This document shows, one piece after another, positions 37,247 to 48,042 of a DNA stretch of 64,000 nucleotides. Location of the stretch: assembly GCA_017474385.1 (NCBI GenBank), contig JAFVHU010000146.1:10844-74843 (forward strand), given 5' to 3'. Source of the stretch: Afipia sp. (GTDB taxonomy: Bacteria > Pseudomonadota > Alphaproteobacteria > Rhizobiales > Xanthobacteraceae). Numbering within the stretch: position 1 is the first letter of the stretch; each line of letters opens with the position of its first letter. Made by a program: the position numbers and the translations under genes. The notes under the pieces were generated by a model. That model saw only the letters and a list, made by a program, of their open reading frames with translations. It made no database searches and had not been told where the DNA came from.

Positions 37247-38439
37247 CGCCCCCGCCAAGAGGGCGACAATCCCTCGCGCATTGCGAGGCGGCGGATCGGA
37301 CCGATGGTGTTCAGCACATGCATCCCGGCTGCACGCAGCGATTGCGCCGGCAGGAAATCGCTGAGCAGTGTACGGTTTGCCATATCCACCGCGAAGGTGC
37401 GGCTGAACACATCGGCGCGCCGCGCGCGGGCGTAGCGTTGCAGCACCGCACCGTCGCCGGGGTCGGCGCCCATCAAGAGCGCGTCCCGCACGATCTCCGC
37501 GAGATCAGCGGCGTCGCGCAGGCCCATGTTGAGACCCTGTGCGCCGATCGGCGGCAGTACATGCGCGGATTCGCCGACAAGCGCGATGCGTTTCGCGGCG
37601 AGATGATCGGGATTCTCGATCGCCAGAGGAAACACGTGACGTCCGGGCGCGATGGTCAGCTTGCCGAGGATCGAATGTGATTGCCGCTCGGCGGCGAGGG
37701 CGAGCGCCTGGTCGTCGAGATTCTTTAGCCGCACGGCCTCGTCCGGCTTCACCACCCAGACGACACTCGAGCGCTCGCCCGGCAGGGGGACGAAAACGCA
37801 CGGGCCGGACTCGGTGTGAAATTCGGTCGAGCCATTTCCGTGCGGGCGCGTATGCGTCACATTCAAGGTCAACGCCGACTGACCGAGGTCGCGGCGCTTG
37901 ACGCCGATGCCGGCGGCCTCCCGGCAGAGCGAATGCCGTCCATCCGCGCCGACCACCAAGTCTGCAGTGAGTGTCTGACCGTCCTTGGTCGTGATGATAA
38001 CCGATGACTCTTCGGCAACGACCGACTGGGCTTCATCATTGATGCGCACAAGATTCGGTAACTCGGCCGCGCGCGCTTCCATCGCGACCATCAGCAGACG
38101 GTTCTCGATGTTGTAGCCGAACGCCTCCATGCCGATCTCGTCCGACGAGAATTTGACTTCAGGCGAGCGGATCAGGCGGCGCGTATCGTCCACCAGCCGC
38201 ATCGTGCACAGTGCAGCCGCGTCATCGGCACAGCGCCGCCAGACATCCAGCGATTGCAGGAAATCCACCGAGCCGCCGAGCATGGCCGTGGTCCGGTTGT
38301 CGGCATAGGGCGAGCGGCGTGCGATCAAGACCGTTTCGACACCGGCCTGGGCCAGCGCGATGGCTGCGGCCAGCCCGGCAGGTCCGCCGCCCACGACGGC
38401 GGTGCGATGGTTTGGCGATGCGGGTCGGGGCTCGGTCAT
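37243..38439 (-). CDS. UbiH/UbiF-family FAD-dependent hydroxylase
   Basis: GGGPAG, VGADG, GESAHVLPPIGAQGLNMG. Confidence 0.92.
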   Translation of the reverse strand: MTEPRPASPNHRTAVVGGGPAGLAAAIALAQAGVETVLIARRSPYADNRTTAMLGGSVDFLQSLDVWRRCADDAAALCTMRLVDDTRRLIRSPEVKFSSDEIGMEAFGYNIENRLLMVAMEARAAELPNLVRINDEAQSVVAEESSVIITTKDGQTLTADLVVGADGRHSLCREAAGIGVKRRDLGQSALTLNVTHTRPHGNGSTEFHTESGPCVFVPLPGERSSVVWVVKPDEAVRLKNLDDQALALAAERQSHSILGKLTIAPGRHVFPLAIENPDHLAAKRIALVGESAHVLPPIGAQGLNMGLRDAADLAEIVRDALLMGADPGDGAVLQRYARARRADVFSRTFAVDMANRTLLSDFLPAQSLRAAGMHVLNTIGPIRRLAMREGLSPSWRGR

Positions 38440-38595
38440 GGGGTATCTATGGTCGGATTTTTCCGGTGTCACAATGGATTTCGGGTTGTCATCCTGATGG
38501 GCATTTAAGGCAAATCCGGTTCGCGCTTTGTCACAAAGTGAGGAGGCGATACCGGATATGCAAAATGCCGGGAATCCTGTTAGTCACGAGAGCAT

Positions 38596-39330
38596 ATGAG
38601 CGAGCCCGGCCCGCAGGACCAGCCCCCGTTTCCCGCCAGAATGCGCATGCGCGCATTCGGCGTTCATATTTTTACGGCGCTGGGTGGTGCGATCGCGCTG
38701 ATCGCCATGCTGGAGGCGGTGAGGGAACACTGGGCCGCGATGTTCGGCTGGCTCGGGGTAGCCCTGCTGATCGACGGGCTCGACGGGCCGATCGCGCGGC
38801 GGCTGAATGTCGGCGAGGTGCTGCCGAACTGGTCGGGCGACACGCTCGATCTGGTGGTCGATTTCCTGACTTACGTGTTCGTGCCGGCCTATGCGATCAC
38901 CGCAAGTGGCCTGCTGATCCCGCTGGCGACATATGTACTTGGCGCCGCCATCGTCATTTCCGGCGCGCTGTATTTTTCCGACCGGCGGATGAAAACCGAC
39001 GACAATCACTTCCGCGGCTTCCCGGCGCTGTGGAATGGCGCGGCGTTCTATCTGTTCCTTCTGAAGCCGCCGCCTGCGGTCGGCAGCATCGCGCTCGCCG
39101 TTCTGGTCGTGCTGACCTTCGTGCCGTTCAACGTGATGCATCCACTGCGCACCGCGCGATTCCGCAAACTGAACATCGCGCTGCTGGTGATCTGGGCGAT
39201 ATTGGCAATGATCGCGATTGCCGCCAATTTCGAGGTATCGTGGTGGGTCACCGCCGGGCTGTGCGCCATCGGCGCCTACATTCTTCTGAGTGACGTGCTG
39301 ATCAGACTGTTTGGTGGAAACCGCGCATGA
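38596..39330 (+). CDS. pcsA: Phosphatidylcholine synthase
   Basis: CDP-alcohol phosphotransferase motif DGLDGPIAR...GDTLDLVVD; FRGFPALWN. Confidence 0.9.
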   Translation: MSEPGPQDQPPFPARMRMRAFGVHIFTALGGAIALIAMLEAVREHWAAMFGWLGVALLIDGLDGPIARRLNVGEVLPNWSGDTLDLVVDFLTYVFVPAYAITASGLLIPLATYVLGAAIVISGALYFSDRRMKTDDNHFRGFPALWNGAAFYLFLLKPPPAVGSIALAVLVVLTFVPFNVMHPLRTARFRKLNIALLVIWAILAMIAIAANFEVSWWVTAGLCAIGAYILLSDVLIRLFGGNRA

Positions 39331-40064
39331 TGGAATTACTGACGAGCCCCGAAGCCTGGGCTGCGCTGCTGACGTTGACGGCGCTCGAGATCGTGCTTGG
39401 CATCGACAACGTGATCTTCCTGTCGGTGATCGTGTCGCGCATTCCGCCCGCGCAGGCCGAACGCGCCCGCAAGATCGGCCTCGCGCTGGCGCTGGTCTTC
39501 CGGATCGCACTCCTGAGCATTCTGGTCTGGCTGATCGGCCTGACCCAGCCGGTCATCACGGTCGCCAAATTCGCATTGTCGTGGCGCGACATTATCCTGA
39601 TCGTCGGCGGCTTGTTCCTGATCGCCAAGGCGACCCACGAAATTCACGCCGAGGTCGAGGCCAAGGACGTCGAGGAGACTGCCAAAGCCACGCCAAGCGC
39701 ATTTTTCTGGGTGATCATGCAGATCATCGTCATTGACCTCGTGTTCTCGATCGACTCCATCATCACGGCCATCGGCATGGTGCAGGAGATCGAAATCATG
39801 GTCGCTGCGGTCATCATCGCAGTCGGTGTGATGTACGTCTCGTCCGGGCCGGTTGCTGCGTTCGTGAAGGAGCACCCCACCACCAAGATGCTGGCGCTCG
39901 CGTTCCTTGTGCTGATCGGCGTGGCGCTGGTCGCGGACGGATTCCACTTTCACATTCCGCGCGCGTTCATCTACGTCGCGATCTGCTTCTCGGCGGCGGT
40001 CGAGGCCTTCAACATCATGGCCAAGCGCAATCGCAAGAAGCGGGCGAGCCTGCAAAAAGGCTGA
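39327..40064 (+). CDS. TerC family membrane protein
   Basis: LEIVLGIDN, DLVFSIDS. Confidence 0.92.
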   Translation: MMELLTSPEAWAALLTLTALEIVLGIDNVIFLSVIVSRIPPAQAERARKIGLALALVFRIALLSILVWLIGLTQPVITVAKFALSWRDIILIVGGLFLIAKATHEIHAEVEAKDVEETAKATPSAFFWVIMQIIVIDLVFSIDSIITAIGMVQEIEIMVAAVIIAVGVMYVSSGPVAAFVKEHPTTKMLALAFLVLIGVALVADGFHFHIPRAFIYVAICFSAAVEAFNIMAKRNRKKRASLQKG

Positions 40065-40153
40065 TCGGGAGCGGCTTTGGTTCGCGTTGACAATTTGCTG
40101 CCGATGGACTTCGCTCCCGGTTGAGATTGCTTGAGAAAAGGCCGGGAGAAACC

Positions 40154-41128
40154 ATGACCAAGGCTGTGCGCGTCCATCAGGTGGGCGGTCCGGAAGTGAT
40201 GATCTATGAGAACGTCGACGTGCCTCTGCCCGGCCCCGGCGAGGTGCGCATCCGCCAGCATGCCATCGGTCTGAACTTCATCGACACCTACTACCGTACC
40301 GGACTCTACAAGGCGCCCAGCCTGCCGTTCATTGTCGGCAATGAAGCCTCCGGTGAAGTGATCTCCGCCGGACCGGGCGTGACCAATTTCCATCCCGGCG
40401 ACCGCGTGGCGTACTATTTCAATCTCGGCGGCTACGCGACCGAGCGCAACATTCCCGCCGATAAGCTGGTGAAGCTGCCGGATCACATCTCGCACGAGCA
40501 GGCCGCGGTGCTGATGCTCAAGGGGCTGACGGTCTGGTACCTGCTGTTCAAAACGTTCAAGGTTGAGCCCGGCCATCGCGTGCTGATCCACGCCGCAGCC
40601 GGCGGTATAGGCCTGCTTGCGTGCCAATGGGCGAAGGCGCTGGGCGCGAATGTCATCGGAACTGTCGGGACTGAAGAGAAGGCGAAGCTGGCGCTGTCCA
40701 ACGGCTGCGATCACGTCATCCTCTACAAGCAGGAAGATTTCGCCGAACGCGTGAAGCAGATCAGCCGCGGCGAATTGTGCGACGTGGTCTACGACGGCGT
40801 CGGCAAGGACACGTTCGCCGGATCGCTGAAGTCGCTGCGGAAGCGTGGTCTGTTTGTGTCGTTCGGCAACGCGTCAGGTCCGGTGCCACCGTTCTCGATC
40901 GCCGAACTGAATAATCACGGCTCGCTGTTCGCGACACGGCCGAAGCTCAACGACTACGTCGGCACGCGAAAGGAACTGATGGAGGGCGCGGACACGCTGT
41001 TCGCCGCCGTCATCAGCGGCACGCTGCATGTGCCGATCAACCACGCCTATGCGCTGAAGGATGCGCAGAAAGCGCATCGCGATCTCGAGAGCCGCGTGAC
41101 GACGGGGTCGGGGATTCTGAAGCCGTAA
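40154..41128 (+). CDS. qor: NADPH:quinone oxidoreductase (MDR family)
   Basis: GLNFIDTY, HAAAGGIG, VVYDGVG. Confidence 0.9.
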   Translation: MTKAVRVHQVGGPEVMIYENVDVPLPGPGEVRIRQHAIGLNFIDTYYRTGLYKAPSLPFIVGNEASGEVISAGPGVTNFHPGDRVAYYFNLGGYATERNIPADKLVKLPDHISHEQAAVLMLKGLTVWYLLFKTFKVEPGHRVLIHAAAGGIGLLACQWAKALGANVIGTVGTEEKAKLALSNGCDHVILYKQEDFAERVKQISRGELCDVVYDGVGKDTFAGSLKSLRKRGLFVSFGNASGPVPPFSIAELNNHGSLFATRPKLNDYVGTRKELMEGADTLFAAVISGTLHVPINHAYALKDAQKAHRDLESRVTTGSGILKP

Positions 41129-41133
41129 GGCGA

Positions 41134-41292
41134 TCAAGTCTCTGAATCCGGCCCTTCATTCAGGTTTTCTCTTTCAGCATCTGTCCCTTGACTCGGGGCA
41201 AGCCTCTTTGTCACCGGCAGAGGTACGCCAACGAAAGCCAGAGCGATAAACACCGGCAGAAAACACAAGAAAAGGAATCGTTTTGCTTTCAT
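41134..41292 (-). CDS. Candidate 52-aa membrane-anchored peptide
   Basis: Manual translation MKAKRFLFLCFLPVFIALAFVGVPLPV...; fills the qor-rimO gap; no clear RBS. Confidence 0.35.
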   Translation of the reverse strand: MKAKRFLFLCFLPVFIALAFVGVPLPVTKRLAPSQGTDAERENLNEGPDSET

Positions 41293-41361
41293 CGCCGGGA
41301 ATTGGGGCGCGCGCCTTAGAAAATCAAGAGGTCGCGCTTGCCCGAAGCGAAAAGGTAAAAA

Positions 41362-42687
41362 TCAGAACCCCGCGACGGTCCCGTGCAGGTCGTACTGATC
41401 CGCGCGGTCGATCTTGGCGGTGACGATGTCGCCGACCTTGAGCGGGCGGCGGCTTGAGACGTAGACCGCGCCGTCGATCTGCGGCGCATCGGCTTTCGAT
41501 CGGCCTTTTGAAACCGTCGGGCCAACTTCATCGATGATGATCTGCTGGCGGGTGCCGACCTTGCGCTTGAGGCGCTGCGCGGAAATCTTCTGCTGCCGCG
41601 CCATCAGGGCGTTCCAGCGCGCGGTCTTGATCTCTTCCGGCACCGGGTTCTCGATCGTGTTCGATGTCGCGCCCGCGACCGGCTCATACTTGAAGCAGCC
41701 GACGCGGTCGATCTGCGCTTCATCGAACCAGTCGAGCAGATACTGGAAATCGGAATCGGTCTCGCCGGGGAAGCCGACGATGAAGGTCGAACGCAATGTC
41801 AGGTCCGGACATTCCTCGCGCCACTTCTTGATGCGTGCGAGCGTCTTGTCCTGCGCGGCGGGGCGGCGCATCTGCTTCAGCACGTCCGGCGAGGCGTGCT
41901 GGAACGGGATGTCGAGATAGGGCAGCACCTTGCCTTCGGTCATCAGGCTGATGACCTCATCGACATGCGGGTAGGGGTAGACGTACTGCAGCCTGACCCA
42001 CGCGCCGAGTTCGCCGAGCTCACGCGACAGATCGAAGAATTTCGCGTGGACCTCGCGGTCTTTCCACATGCTGGTCGCATACTTGATATCGACGCCGTAG
42101 GCCGAGGTGTCCTGCGACACCACCAGCAATTCCTTGACGCCGGCGGCGACGAGCTTCTCGGCTTCGAGCAGCACATCCTTCGCCGGGCGAGAAACCAGAT
42201 CGCCGCGCAGCTTCGGGATGATGCAGAAGGTGCAGCGGTTGTTGCAGCCTTCGGAAATCTTCAGGTAGGCGTAGTGGCGCGGCGTCAGCTTGATGCCCTG
42301 CGGCGGCACCAGATCGAGATGCGGATTGTGCAGCGGCGGCAGCGCGCGGTGCACGGCATCGAGCACGCTCTCATATTGCTGAGGTCCGGTGACCGACAGC
42401 ACATTCGGATAGGCTTTTTCGATCTGCTCCGGTTCAGCGCCCATGCAGCCGGTGACGATCACCTTGCCGTTTTCCGCCATGGCCTCGCCGATGGCGCCGA
42501 GCGATTCCTGTTTGGCGCTGTCGAGGAAGCCGCAGGTGTTGACTATCACCAGATCCGCGCCGTCATGCTTGCGCGCCAGCTCATAGCCCTCGGCGCGCAA
42601 GCGCGTGATGATCCGCTCGGAATCCACCAAGGCCTTGGGGCATCCAAGTGACACAAAACTGACTTTTGGGGCGACGCCCTGTTCCAT
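41362..42687 (-). CDS. rimO: Ribosomal protein S12 methylthiotransferase
   Basis: [12 protein letters not shown], radical [15 protein letters not shown] domain. Confidence 0.97.
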   Translation of the reverse strand: MEQGVAPKVSFVSLGCPKALVDSERIITRLRAEGYELARKHDGADLVIVNTCGFLDSAKQESLGAIGEAMAENGKVIVTGCMGAEPEQIEKAYPNVLSVTGPQQYESVLDAVHRALPPLHNPHLDLVPPQGIKLTPRHYAYLKISEGCNNRCTFCIIPKLRGDLVSRPAKDVLLEAEKLVAAGVKELLVVSQDTSAYGVDIKYATSMWKDREVHAKFFDLSRELGELGAWVRLQYVYPYPHVDEVISLMTEGKVLPYLDIPFQHASPDVLKQMRRPAAQDKTLARIKKWREECPDLTLRSTFIVGFPGETDSDFQYLLDWFDEAQIDRVGCFKYEPVAGATSNTIENPVPEEIKTARWNALMARQQKISAQRLKRKVGTRQQIIIDEVGPTVSKGRSKADAPQIDGAVYVSSRRPLKVGDIVTAKIDRADQYDLHGTVAGF

Positions 42688-42801
42688 TGCTTCCGACCTG
42701 TTGGGAGAACGCAGGAGCTATCCCTGATCCTTCACAAATACAAGGCTTTAAGCGAAACAGTAACGCATGCTAAGGTTGTTTTGCCGGAATGCGAGTACTG
42801 A

Positions 42802-43392
42802 ATGGCTGCGGATTCGTCGTTCAAGATAGTCATCGTCGACGAAAGCCCGATCAGAGCTGCAATCCTCAAGGAGGGACTGCGCGACGCGGGCTTTACCAGC
42901 GTTGAGCACATTACGGAGATGCACAATCTCCTGGCGCGCATTTACCGCATCGATCCCGACGTCATCCTGATCGATCTCGAGAACCCCAGCCGCGACGTCC
43001 TGGAACAAATGTTCCAGGTCAGCCGCGCGGTGCGGCGGCCGATCGCCATGTTCGTGGACCAAAGCGACGCCGCTTCGATCCAGCAATCAGTCGAGGCCGG
43101 GGTGTCGGCCTACATCGTAGACGGCCTCAAGAAGGAGCGGATCAAACCGATCCTCGACCTGTGCATTTCGCGGTTCAACGCCTTCTCCAAATTGCAGGAC
43201 GAACTCGACCGCACCAAGTCGGCGCTGGAAGACCGCAAGATTCTCGATCGCGCCAAGGGCCTGCTGATGAAGGCAAAGGGCCTGACCGAAGAAGAGGCTT
43301 ATGTGCTGATCCGCTCGACCGCCATGCGCGAGAAAAAGAAGATCGGCGAAATCGCCCAATCGATCATTACTGCGGCGGAGTTGTTGAAATGA
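42802..43392 (+). CDS. nasT: ANTAR-domain antiterminator NasT
   Basis: REC-like domain plus ANTAR RKILDRAKGLLM...EEEAY. Confidence 0.92.
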   Translation: MAADSSFKIVIVDESPIRAAILKEGLRDAGFTSVEHITEMHNLLARIYRIDPDVILIDLENPSRDVLEQMFQVSRAVRRPIAMFVDQSDAASIQQSVEAGVSAYIVDGLKKERIKPILDLCISRFNAFSKLQDELDRTKSALEDRKILDRAKGLLMKAKGLTEEEAYVLIRSTAMREKKKIGEIAQSIITAAELLK

Positions 43393-44561
43393 CGGGTACA
43401 CCGCTCAGGATCGGATTTATCCCGCTGGTGGACGCAGCCGCGCTGATCGTCGCCGTGGACAAGGGCTTCACTGACGCTGAAGGCCTCGACGTGACGCTGG
43501 TGCGCGAGGTGTCTTGGTCGAATGTCCGCGACAAGCTCAATATCGGCCTGTTCGACGCGGCCCATCTGCTGGCGCCGGTCGCCATCGCATCGACGCTCGG
43601 CCTGTCGCAGGTCAAGGTGCCGATCATCGCGCCCTTCAATCTCGGGCTGAACGGCAACGCGATCACGGTGTCGCCGGCTCTATATACGGCGATCATAGGA
43701 GAGGCTGACGGCGATCCGGCTAGTCCACTGGTGACGGCGAAGGCGCTGGCGCGGGTGGCGGCGGCCCGTCGCAAGAGCGGCGGCGAACCGCTGACCTTTG
43801 GCATGACGTTCCCGTTCTCGACCCACAACTACCAACTCCGGTTCTGGATGGCCGCCGGCGGAGTCGATCCGGACGAGGACGTGCGGCTGGTGGTGCTGCC
43901 GCCGCCCTACATGGTGGACAGTCTCGCCAACGGCCATGTCGATGCCTTTTGCGTCGGCGCGCCGTGGAACTCGGTCGCGGTCGATCTTGGCGTTGGGCAC
44001 ATCCTGCATTACGTCTCGGACATTCTCGAACGCGCGGCGGAAAAGGTGCTCGCGGTGCGCGAGACGTGGGCTCAGAAGAATCCGGAAATCCTCGCCAAGC
44101 TCACGCGTGCGCATGGCCATGCGGCAGACTTTATCGAGAACCCGGATAACCGGGCCGAGGTCTCTCGCATAGTGGGAGCGCCGGAACGGATCGGGGTTGA
44201 TCCTGAGGTGATCCAGCGCACCTTCGACGGCCGTCTGAAGATCTCGCCGGACGGGACATTCCGCGAAAGCGGACGCTATCTGCTGGTCGGGCGCGAGGGC
44301 GCGGCGCGGCCCGATCCGGTACAAGCGGCTTGGCTCTATGCCCAGATGGTTCGCTGGGGGCAGGCAGCCTATTCGCCGGAGGCGCTGGAGACCGCCAGGA
44401 AGGTCTTCCGGCCTGATCTCTATGATGCGGCACTCGGCGCACCGAAGACGTCCGCACGGGGGATTCAAGACGGCGTGGGCGCGTTTGACGGCCCCTTGTT
44501 CGACGCCAATGACGTCGCTGCGCATCTTGCATCGGTGACCATCAAGCGCCGGCTCTCCTAA
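43389..44561 (+). CDS. nasS: Cytoplasmic nitrate sensor NasS (NrtA-like, no signal peptide)
   Basis: LRIGFIPLVDAA, FPFSTHNY; ATGA overlap with nasT. Confidence 0.88.
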   Translation: MTGTPLRIGFIPLVDAAALIVAVDKGFTDAEGLDVTLVREVSWSNVRDKLNIGLFDAAHLLAPVAIASTLGLSQVKVPIIAPFNLGLNGNAITVSPALYTAIIGEADGDPASPLVTAKALARVAAARRKSGGEPLTFGMTFPFSTHNYQLRFWMAAGGVDPDEDVRLVVLPPPYMVDSLANGHVDAFCVGAPWNSVAVDLGVGHILHYVSDILERAAEKVLAVRETWAQKNPEILAKLTRAHGHAADFIENPDNRAEVSRIVGAPERIGVDPEVIQRTFDGRLKISPDGTFRESGRYLLVGREGAARPDPVQAAWLYAQMVRWGQAAYSPEALETARKVFRPDLYDAALGAPKTSARGIQDGVGAFDGPLFDANDVAAHLASVTIKRRLS

Positions 44562-44586
44562 CAACGATTCTGCATTCAGCACCGAC

Positions 44587-44732
44587 TGCCTAATTATTGT
44601 GCGGCGCGCAATAAGTGGGCATTTGCCATTTGGAGAGGCCGCGACTGTGGCCTGCTTCATATGAAGGCACGCCCACAACTACCTGAAAAATATGGATTTG
44701 CTGCGCCGCACGCGGCTGGCACGATCCTTGAA
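44587..44732 (+). promoter_or_regulatory. sigma54 promoter with upstream NtrC-like sites
   Basis: TGGCAC-GATCC-TTGAA at 44717-44732; imperfect TGC-N11-GCA dyads at 44587, 44605 and 44653. Confidence 0.7.
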
Positions 44733-44740
44733 TAGATAGG

Positions 44741-44847
44741 GGCAGGCCGAGACGAAGGCCTGCCGGGTCCACCGATGGCCCAAACAGCAATGCCGCTGTC
44801 TCGAGGAGCCTCATGGGTGCGTCTCGAGCTGGCGGCTTTTTGTTTTT
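44741..44847 (+). promoter_or_regulatory. ANTAR-binding leader RNA with overlapping terminator
   Basis: Tandem hairpins with hexaloops ACCGAT and AATGCC (A1, G4); the second overlaps terminator GCCGCT...GGCGGC-TTTTTGTTTTT. Confidence 0.8.
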
Positions 44848-44924
44848 GGGCGGCAAGGAGACCTGTGCGTAGGGCGATTGAACGACAGTCAAACAGCGAC
44901 ACGGTCGAAAGGACGACAGACACG

Positions 44925-46244
44925 ATGACCAAGACCACCAGACAGGGACTGACGGACCGCAAGATGAGCCGCCGCGCGCTGCTCAAGGCCGGTGCCGGAA
45001 CGGCGGCGCTGCTGGCCGCGGCGCGACTGAATTTCCCTGGCGGCGCGTTCGCGCAGACCGCCGGACCGGAAGTGACCAAGGCAATCCTTGGCTACATCGC
45101 GCTGATGGATGCGTCGGCGCTGGTGATCGCCAAAGAAAAGGGACTGTTCGCCAAGCACGGTGTGCCTGACGTCGAGGTCAACAAGCAGGCCTCGTGGGGC
45201 GCCACGCGCGACAACCTCGTGCTCGGCGGCGAGAAGAACGGCATCGATGGCGCGCATATCCTGACGCCGATGCCATATCTGATTTCGGCCGGCAAGGTGA
45301 CGCAGAACAACGTGCCGACGCCGATGTACATCCTGGCGCGCCTCAACCTCGATGCGCAGGCCATTTCGGTTTCCAACGACTACAAGGATCTGAAAGTCAC
45401 CGCGGACTCGTCGGCGCTGAAGGAAGCCTTCGCCAAGAAGAAGGCCGAGGGCAAGGAAGTGAAGGTCGCGATGACCTTCCCCGGCGGCACCCACGATCTG
45501 TGGATCCGCTACTGGCTCGCTGCCGGCGGCATCGATCCCGACAAGGACGTCTCGACCATCGTCGTTCCGCCGCCGCAGATGGTGGCGAACATGAAGGTCG
45601 GCAACATGGACGCGTTCTGCGTCGGTGAGCCGTGGAACGAACAGCTTGTCAATCAGGGCATCGGCTTTACCGCATGTTCGACCGGCGAAGTCTGGTCGAA
45701 GCATCCGGAAAAGGCGCTCGGTATCCGCGCCGAGTTCGCCGACAAATACCCGAAGACCACGCAGGCCATCCTGATGGCGGTGATGGAAGCGCAGCAGTGG
45801 TGCGACAAGCCCGCGAACCGCGCCGAGATGTCCGAGATTGTCGGAAAGCGCCAGTGGTTCAACGTGCCGGTCGCCGACATCATCGGCCGCGCCAACGGCG
45901 ACATCAATTACGGCAACGGCCGCGTCGAGAAGGGCACCAAGCAGTTCATGAAGTTCTGGCAGGACCACGCGTCCTATCCGTTCAAGAGCCATGACGCCTG
46001 GTTCGTCACCGAAGACATCCGCTGGGGCAAGTTCGAGCCGACGACGGACGTCAAGGCGCTGGTCGACAAGGTCAACCGCGAAGACATCTGGCGGTCCGCA
46101 GCTAAGGCGCTTGGCGTTGCTGCTGCCGACATTCCGGCCAGCACGTCGCGCGGCAAGGAAACCTTCTTCGACGGCAAGGTTTTCGATCCTGAAAACCCGT
46201 CGGCGTACCTCAAGAGTTTGTCGATCAAGCGTATCGAGGCCTGA
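44925..46244 (+). CDS. nrtA: Nitrate ABC transporter substrate-binding protein
   Basis: Tat signal SRRALLK; TFPGGTHDLW, FCVGEPWN. Confidence 0.9.
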   Translation: MTKTTRQGLTDRKMSRRALLKAGAGTAALLAAARLNFPGGAFAQTAGPEVTKAILGYIALMDASALVIAKEKGLFAKHGVPDVEVNKQASWGATRDNLVLGGEKNGIDGAHILTPMPYLISAGKVTQNNVPTPMYILARLNLDAQAISVSNDYKDLKVTADSSALKEAFAKKKAEGKEVKVAMTFPGGTHDLWIRYWLAAGGIDPDKDVSTIVVPPPQMVANMKVGNMDAFCVGEPWNEQLVNQGIGFTACSTGEVWSKHPEKALGIRAEFADKYPKTTQAILMAVMEAQQWCDKPANRAEMSEIVGKRQWFNVPVADIIGRANGDINYGNGRVEKGTKQFMKFWQDHASYPFKSHDAWFVTEDIRWGKFEPTTDVKALVDKVNREDIWRSAAKALGVAAADIPASTSRGKETFFDGKVFDPENPSAYLKSLSIKRIEA

Positions 46245-46304
46245 GACACTGCGGGCCGCCCCACGCAGGGGCGGCCTCGCACCTAACACAACCGAGGCAA
46301 TCTC

Positions 46305-47213
46305 ATGAACATGCCGCTCGCCAAAACGACCAGCACTCTCCCGACACCGGCGCCGTCGCCGGCTTCGAGCGCCGCGGTCGTCCCGCTGCCGAAGTCATCC
46401 CGTAGCTTCCTGACGGATACGCTGCTCCCCAAGTTGCGTGCAGTGGCGGCCCGTGTGATCCCGCCGTTCATTATGCTCGTGCTGATCTTCGGCATCTGGC
46501 AGATCCTCTGCATGAAGCCGGGCGCGACGCTGCCGTCGCCGTCCCGTATCTGGGCCGATGCCAAGGACCTGATCATCGATCCGTTCTTTGTCGCCGGACC
46601 GCAGGACATCGGGCTCGGTCTTCGCGTCCTCACGTCGCTTCAGCGTGTCGCAGTCGGCTTTGGTCTTGCCAGTGTGGTGGGTGTGCTGGTCGGCGCGATT
46701 ATCGGCCAGTCGGTCTGGGCGATGCGCGGTCTCGATCCGATCTTCCAGGTGATGCGCACCGTTCCGCCGCTGGCCTGGTTGCCGATTTCGCTCGCGGCCT
46801 TCCGCGACAGCAATCCCTCGGCGATCTTCGTGATCTTCATCACCTCGATCTGGCCGATCATCATCAACACCGCGGTCGGCATCCGCAACATTCCGCAGGA
46901 CTATCGCAACGTCGCCGCCGTGGTCCGGCTGAATCCGCTCGAGTTCTTCTGGAAAATCATGATCCCGTCGGCGGCACCCTACATCTTCACGGGTCTGCGC
47001 ATCGGCATCGGCCTGTCATGGCTCGCCATCGTCGCGGCCGAAATGCTCACCGGCGGCGTCGGTATCGGCTTCTTCATCTGGGACGCGTGGAATTCATCAC
47101 GGCTGTCCGACATCTTCGTGGCGCTCGCCTACATCGGCATCGTCGGATTTGTGCTCGATCGCATGGTCGCCTTCGTTGCGAACATCGCAACGCGCGGCGC
47201 ACAGGCAAGCTGA
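46305..47213 (+). CDS. nrtB: Nitrate ABC transporter permease
   Basis: PPLAWLP, SWLAIVAAEML. Confidence 0.92.
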   Translation: MNMPLAKTTSTLPTPAPSPASSAAVVPLPKSSRSFLTDTLLPKLRAVAARVIPPFIMLVLIFGIWQILCMKPGATLPSPSRIWADAKDLIIDPFFVAGPQDIGLGLRVLTSLQRVAVGFGLASVVGVLVGAIIGQSVWAMRGLDPIFQVMRTVPPLAWLPISLAAFRDSNPSAIFVIFITSIWPIIINTAVGIRNIPQDYRNVAAVVRLNPLEFFWKIMIPSAAPYIFTGLRIGIGLSWLAIVAAEMLTGGVGIGFFIWDAWNSSRLSDIFVALAYIGIVGFVLDRMVAFVANIATRGAQAS

Positions 47214-47219
47214 GGGAGA

Positions 47220-48017
47220 ATGACAATGGCTTATCTCAAGATCGATTACGTCGACAAAGTCTTCACCCGCGGCTCGACCCAGAGCGAAGTCCTCAAGGAC
47301 ATCAATCTGACTGTGGAGCAGGGCGATTACATTTCGATCATCGGCCATTCCGGATGCGGCAAGTCCACCTTGCTCAACATCGTAGCCGGGCTGACAACTG
47401 CGACCCAGGGCGGCGTGCTGCTCGAAGGCCGCGAGGTGAACTCGCCGGGACCGGATCGCGCCGTGGTGTTCCAGAACCACAGCTTGCTGCCCTGGCTGAC
47501 GGTCTATGACAACGTGCGTCTCGGCGTCGACAAGGTGTTCGGCAAGACCAAGAGCCGCGCTGAGCGCGATGAATGGGTGCTGCATAACCTCAACCTCGTG
47601 CAGATGACTCACGCCAAAGACAAGCGCCCGTCCGAAATTTCCGGCGGCATGAAGCAGCGCGTTGGCATCGCCCGCGCGCTGGCGATGGAGCCGAAGGTGC
47701 TTCTGCTCGACGAGCCGTTTGGCGCGCTCGATGCACTTACCCGCGCCCATCTCCAAGACTCGGTGATGGCGCTGCATCAGAAGCTCAACAACACGGTGAT
47801 GATGATCACGCACGACGTCGATGAAGCCGTGCTGCTGTCCAATCGCATTGTGATGATGACCAACGGCCCGAGCGCACGGATCGGCGAGGTGCTGGAGGTG
47901 CCGCTGCCGCACCCGCGCAAGCGGCTCGAACTGGCCTCCAACCCGATCTACCTCAAGTGCCGGCAGCGCGTACTTGAATTCCTCTATGAGCGTCATCGTT
48001 TCGTCGAAGCGGCTTGA
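47220..48017 (+). CDS. Nitrate ABC transporter ATPase (NrtC/D)
   Basis: GHSGCGKST, ISGGMKQR, LLLDEPF. Confidence 0.92.
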   Translation: MTMAYLKIDYVDKVFTRGSTQSEVLKDINLTVEQGDYISIIGHSGCGKSTLLNIVAGLTTATQGGVLLEGREVNSPGPDRAVVFQNHSLLPWLTVYDNVRLGVDKVFGKTKSRAERDEWVLHNLNLVQMTHAKDKRPSEISGGMKQRVGIARALAMEPKVLLLDEPFGALDALTRAHLQDSVMALHQKLNNTVMMITHDVDEAVLLSNRIVMMTNGPSARIGEVLEVPLPHPRKRLELASNPIYLKCRQRVLEFLYERHRFVEAA

Positions 48018-48042
48018 TCGAGACATTGTGTGAGGACATGAC

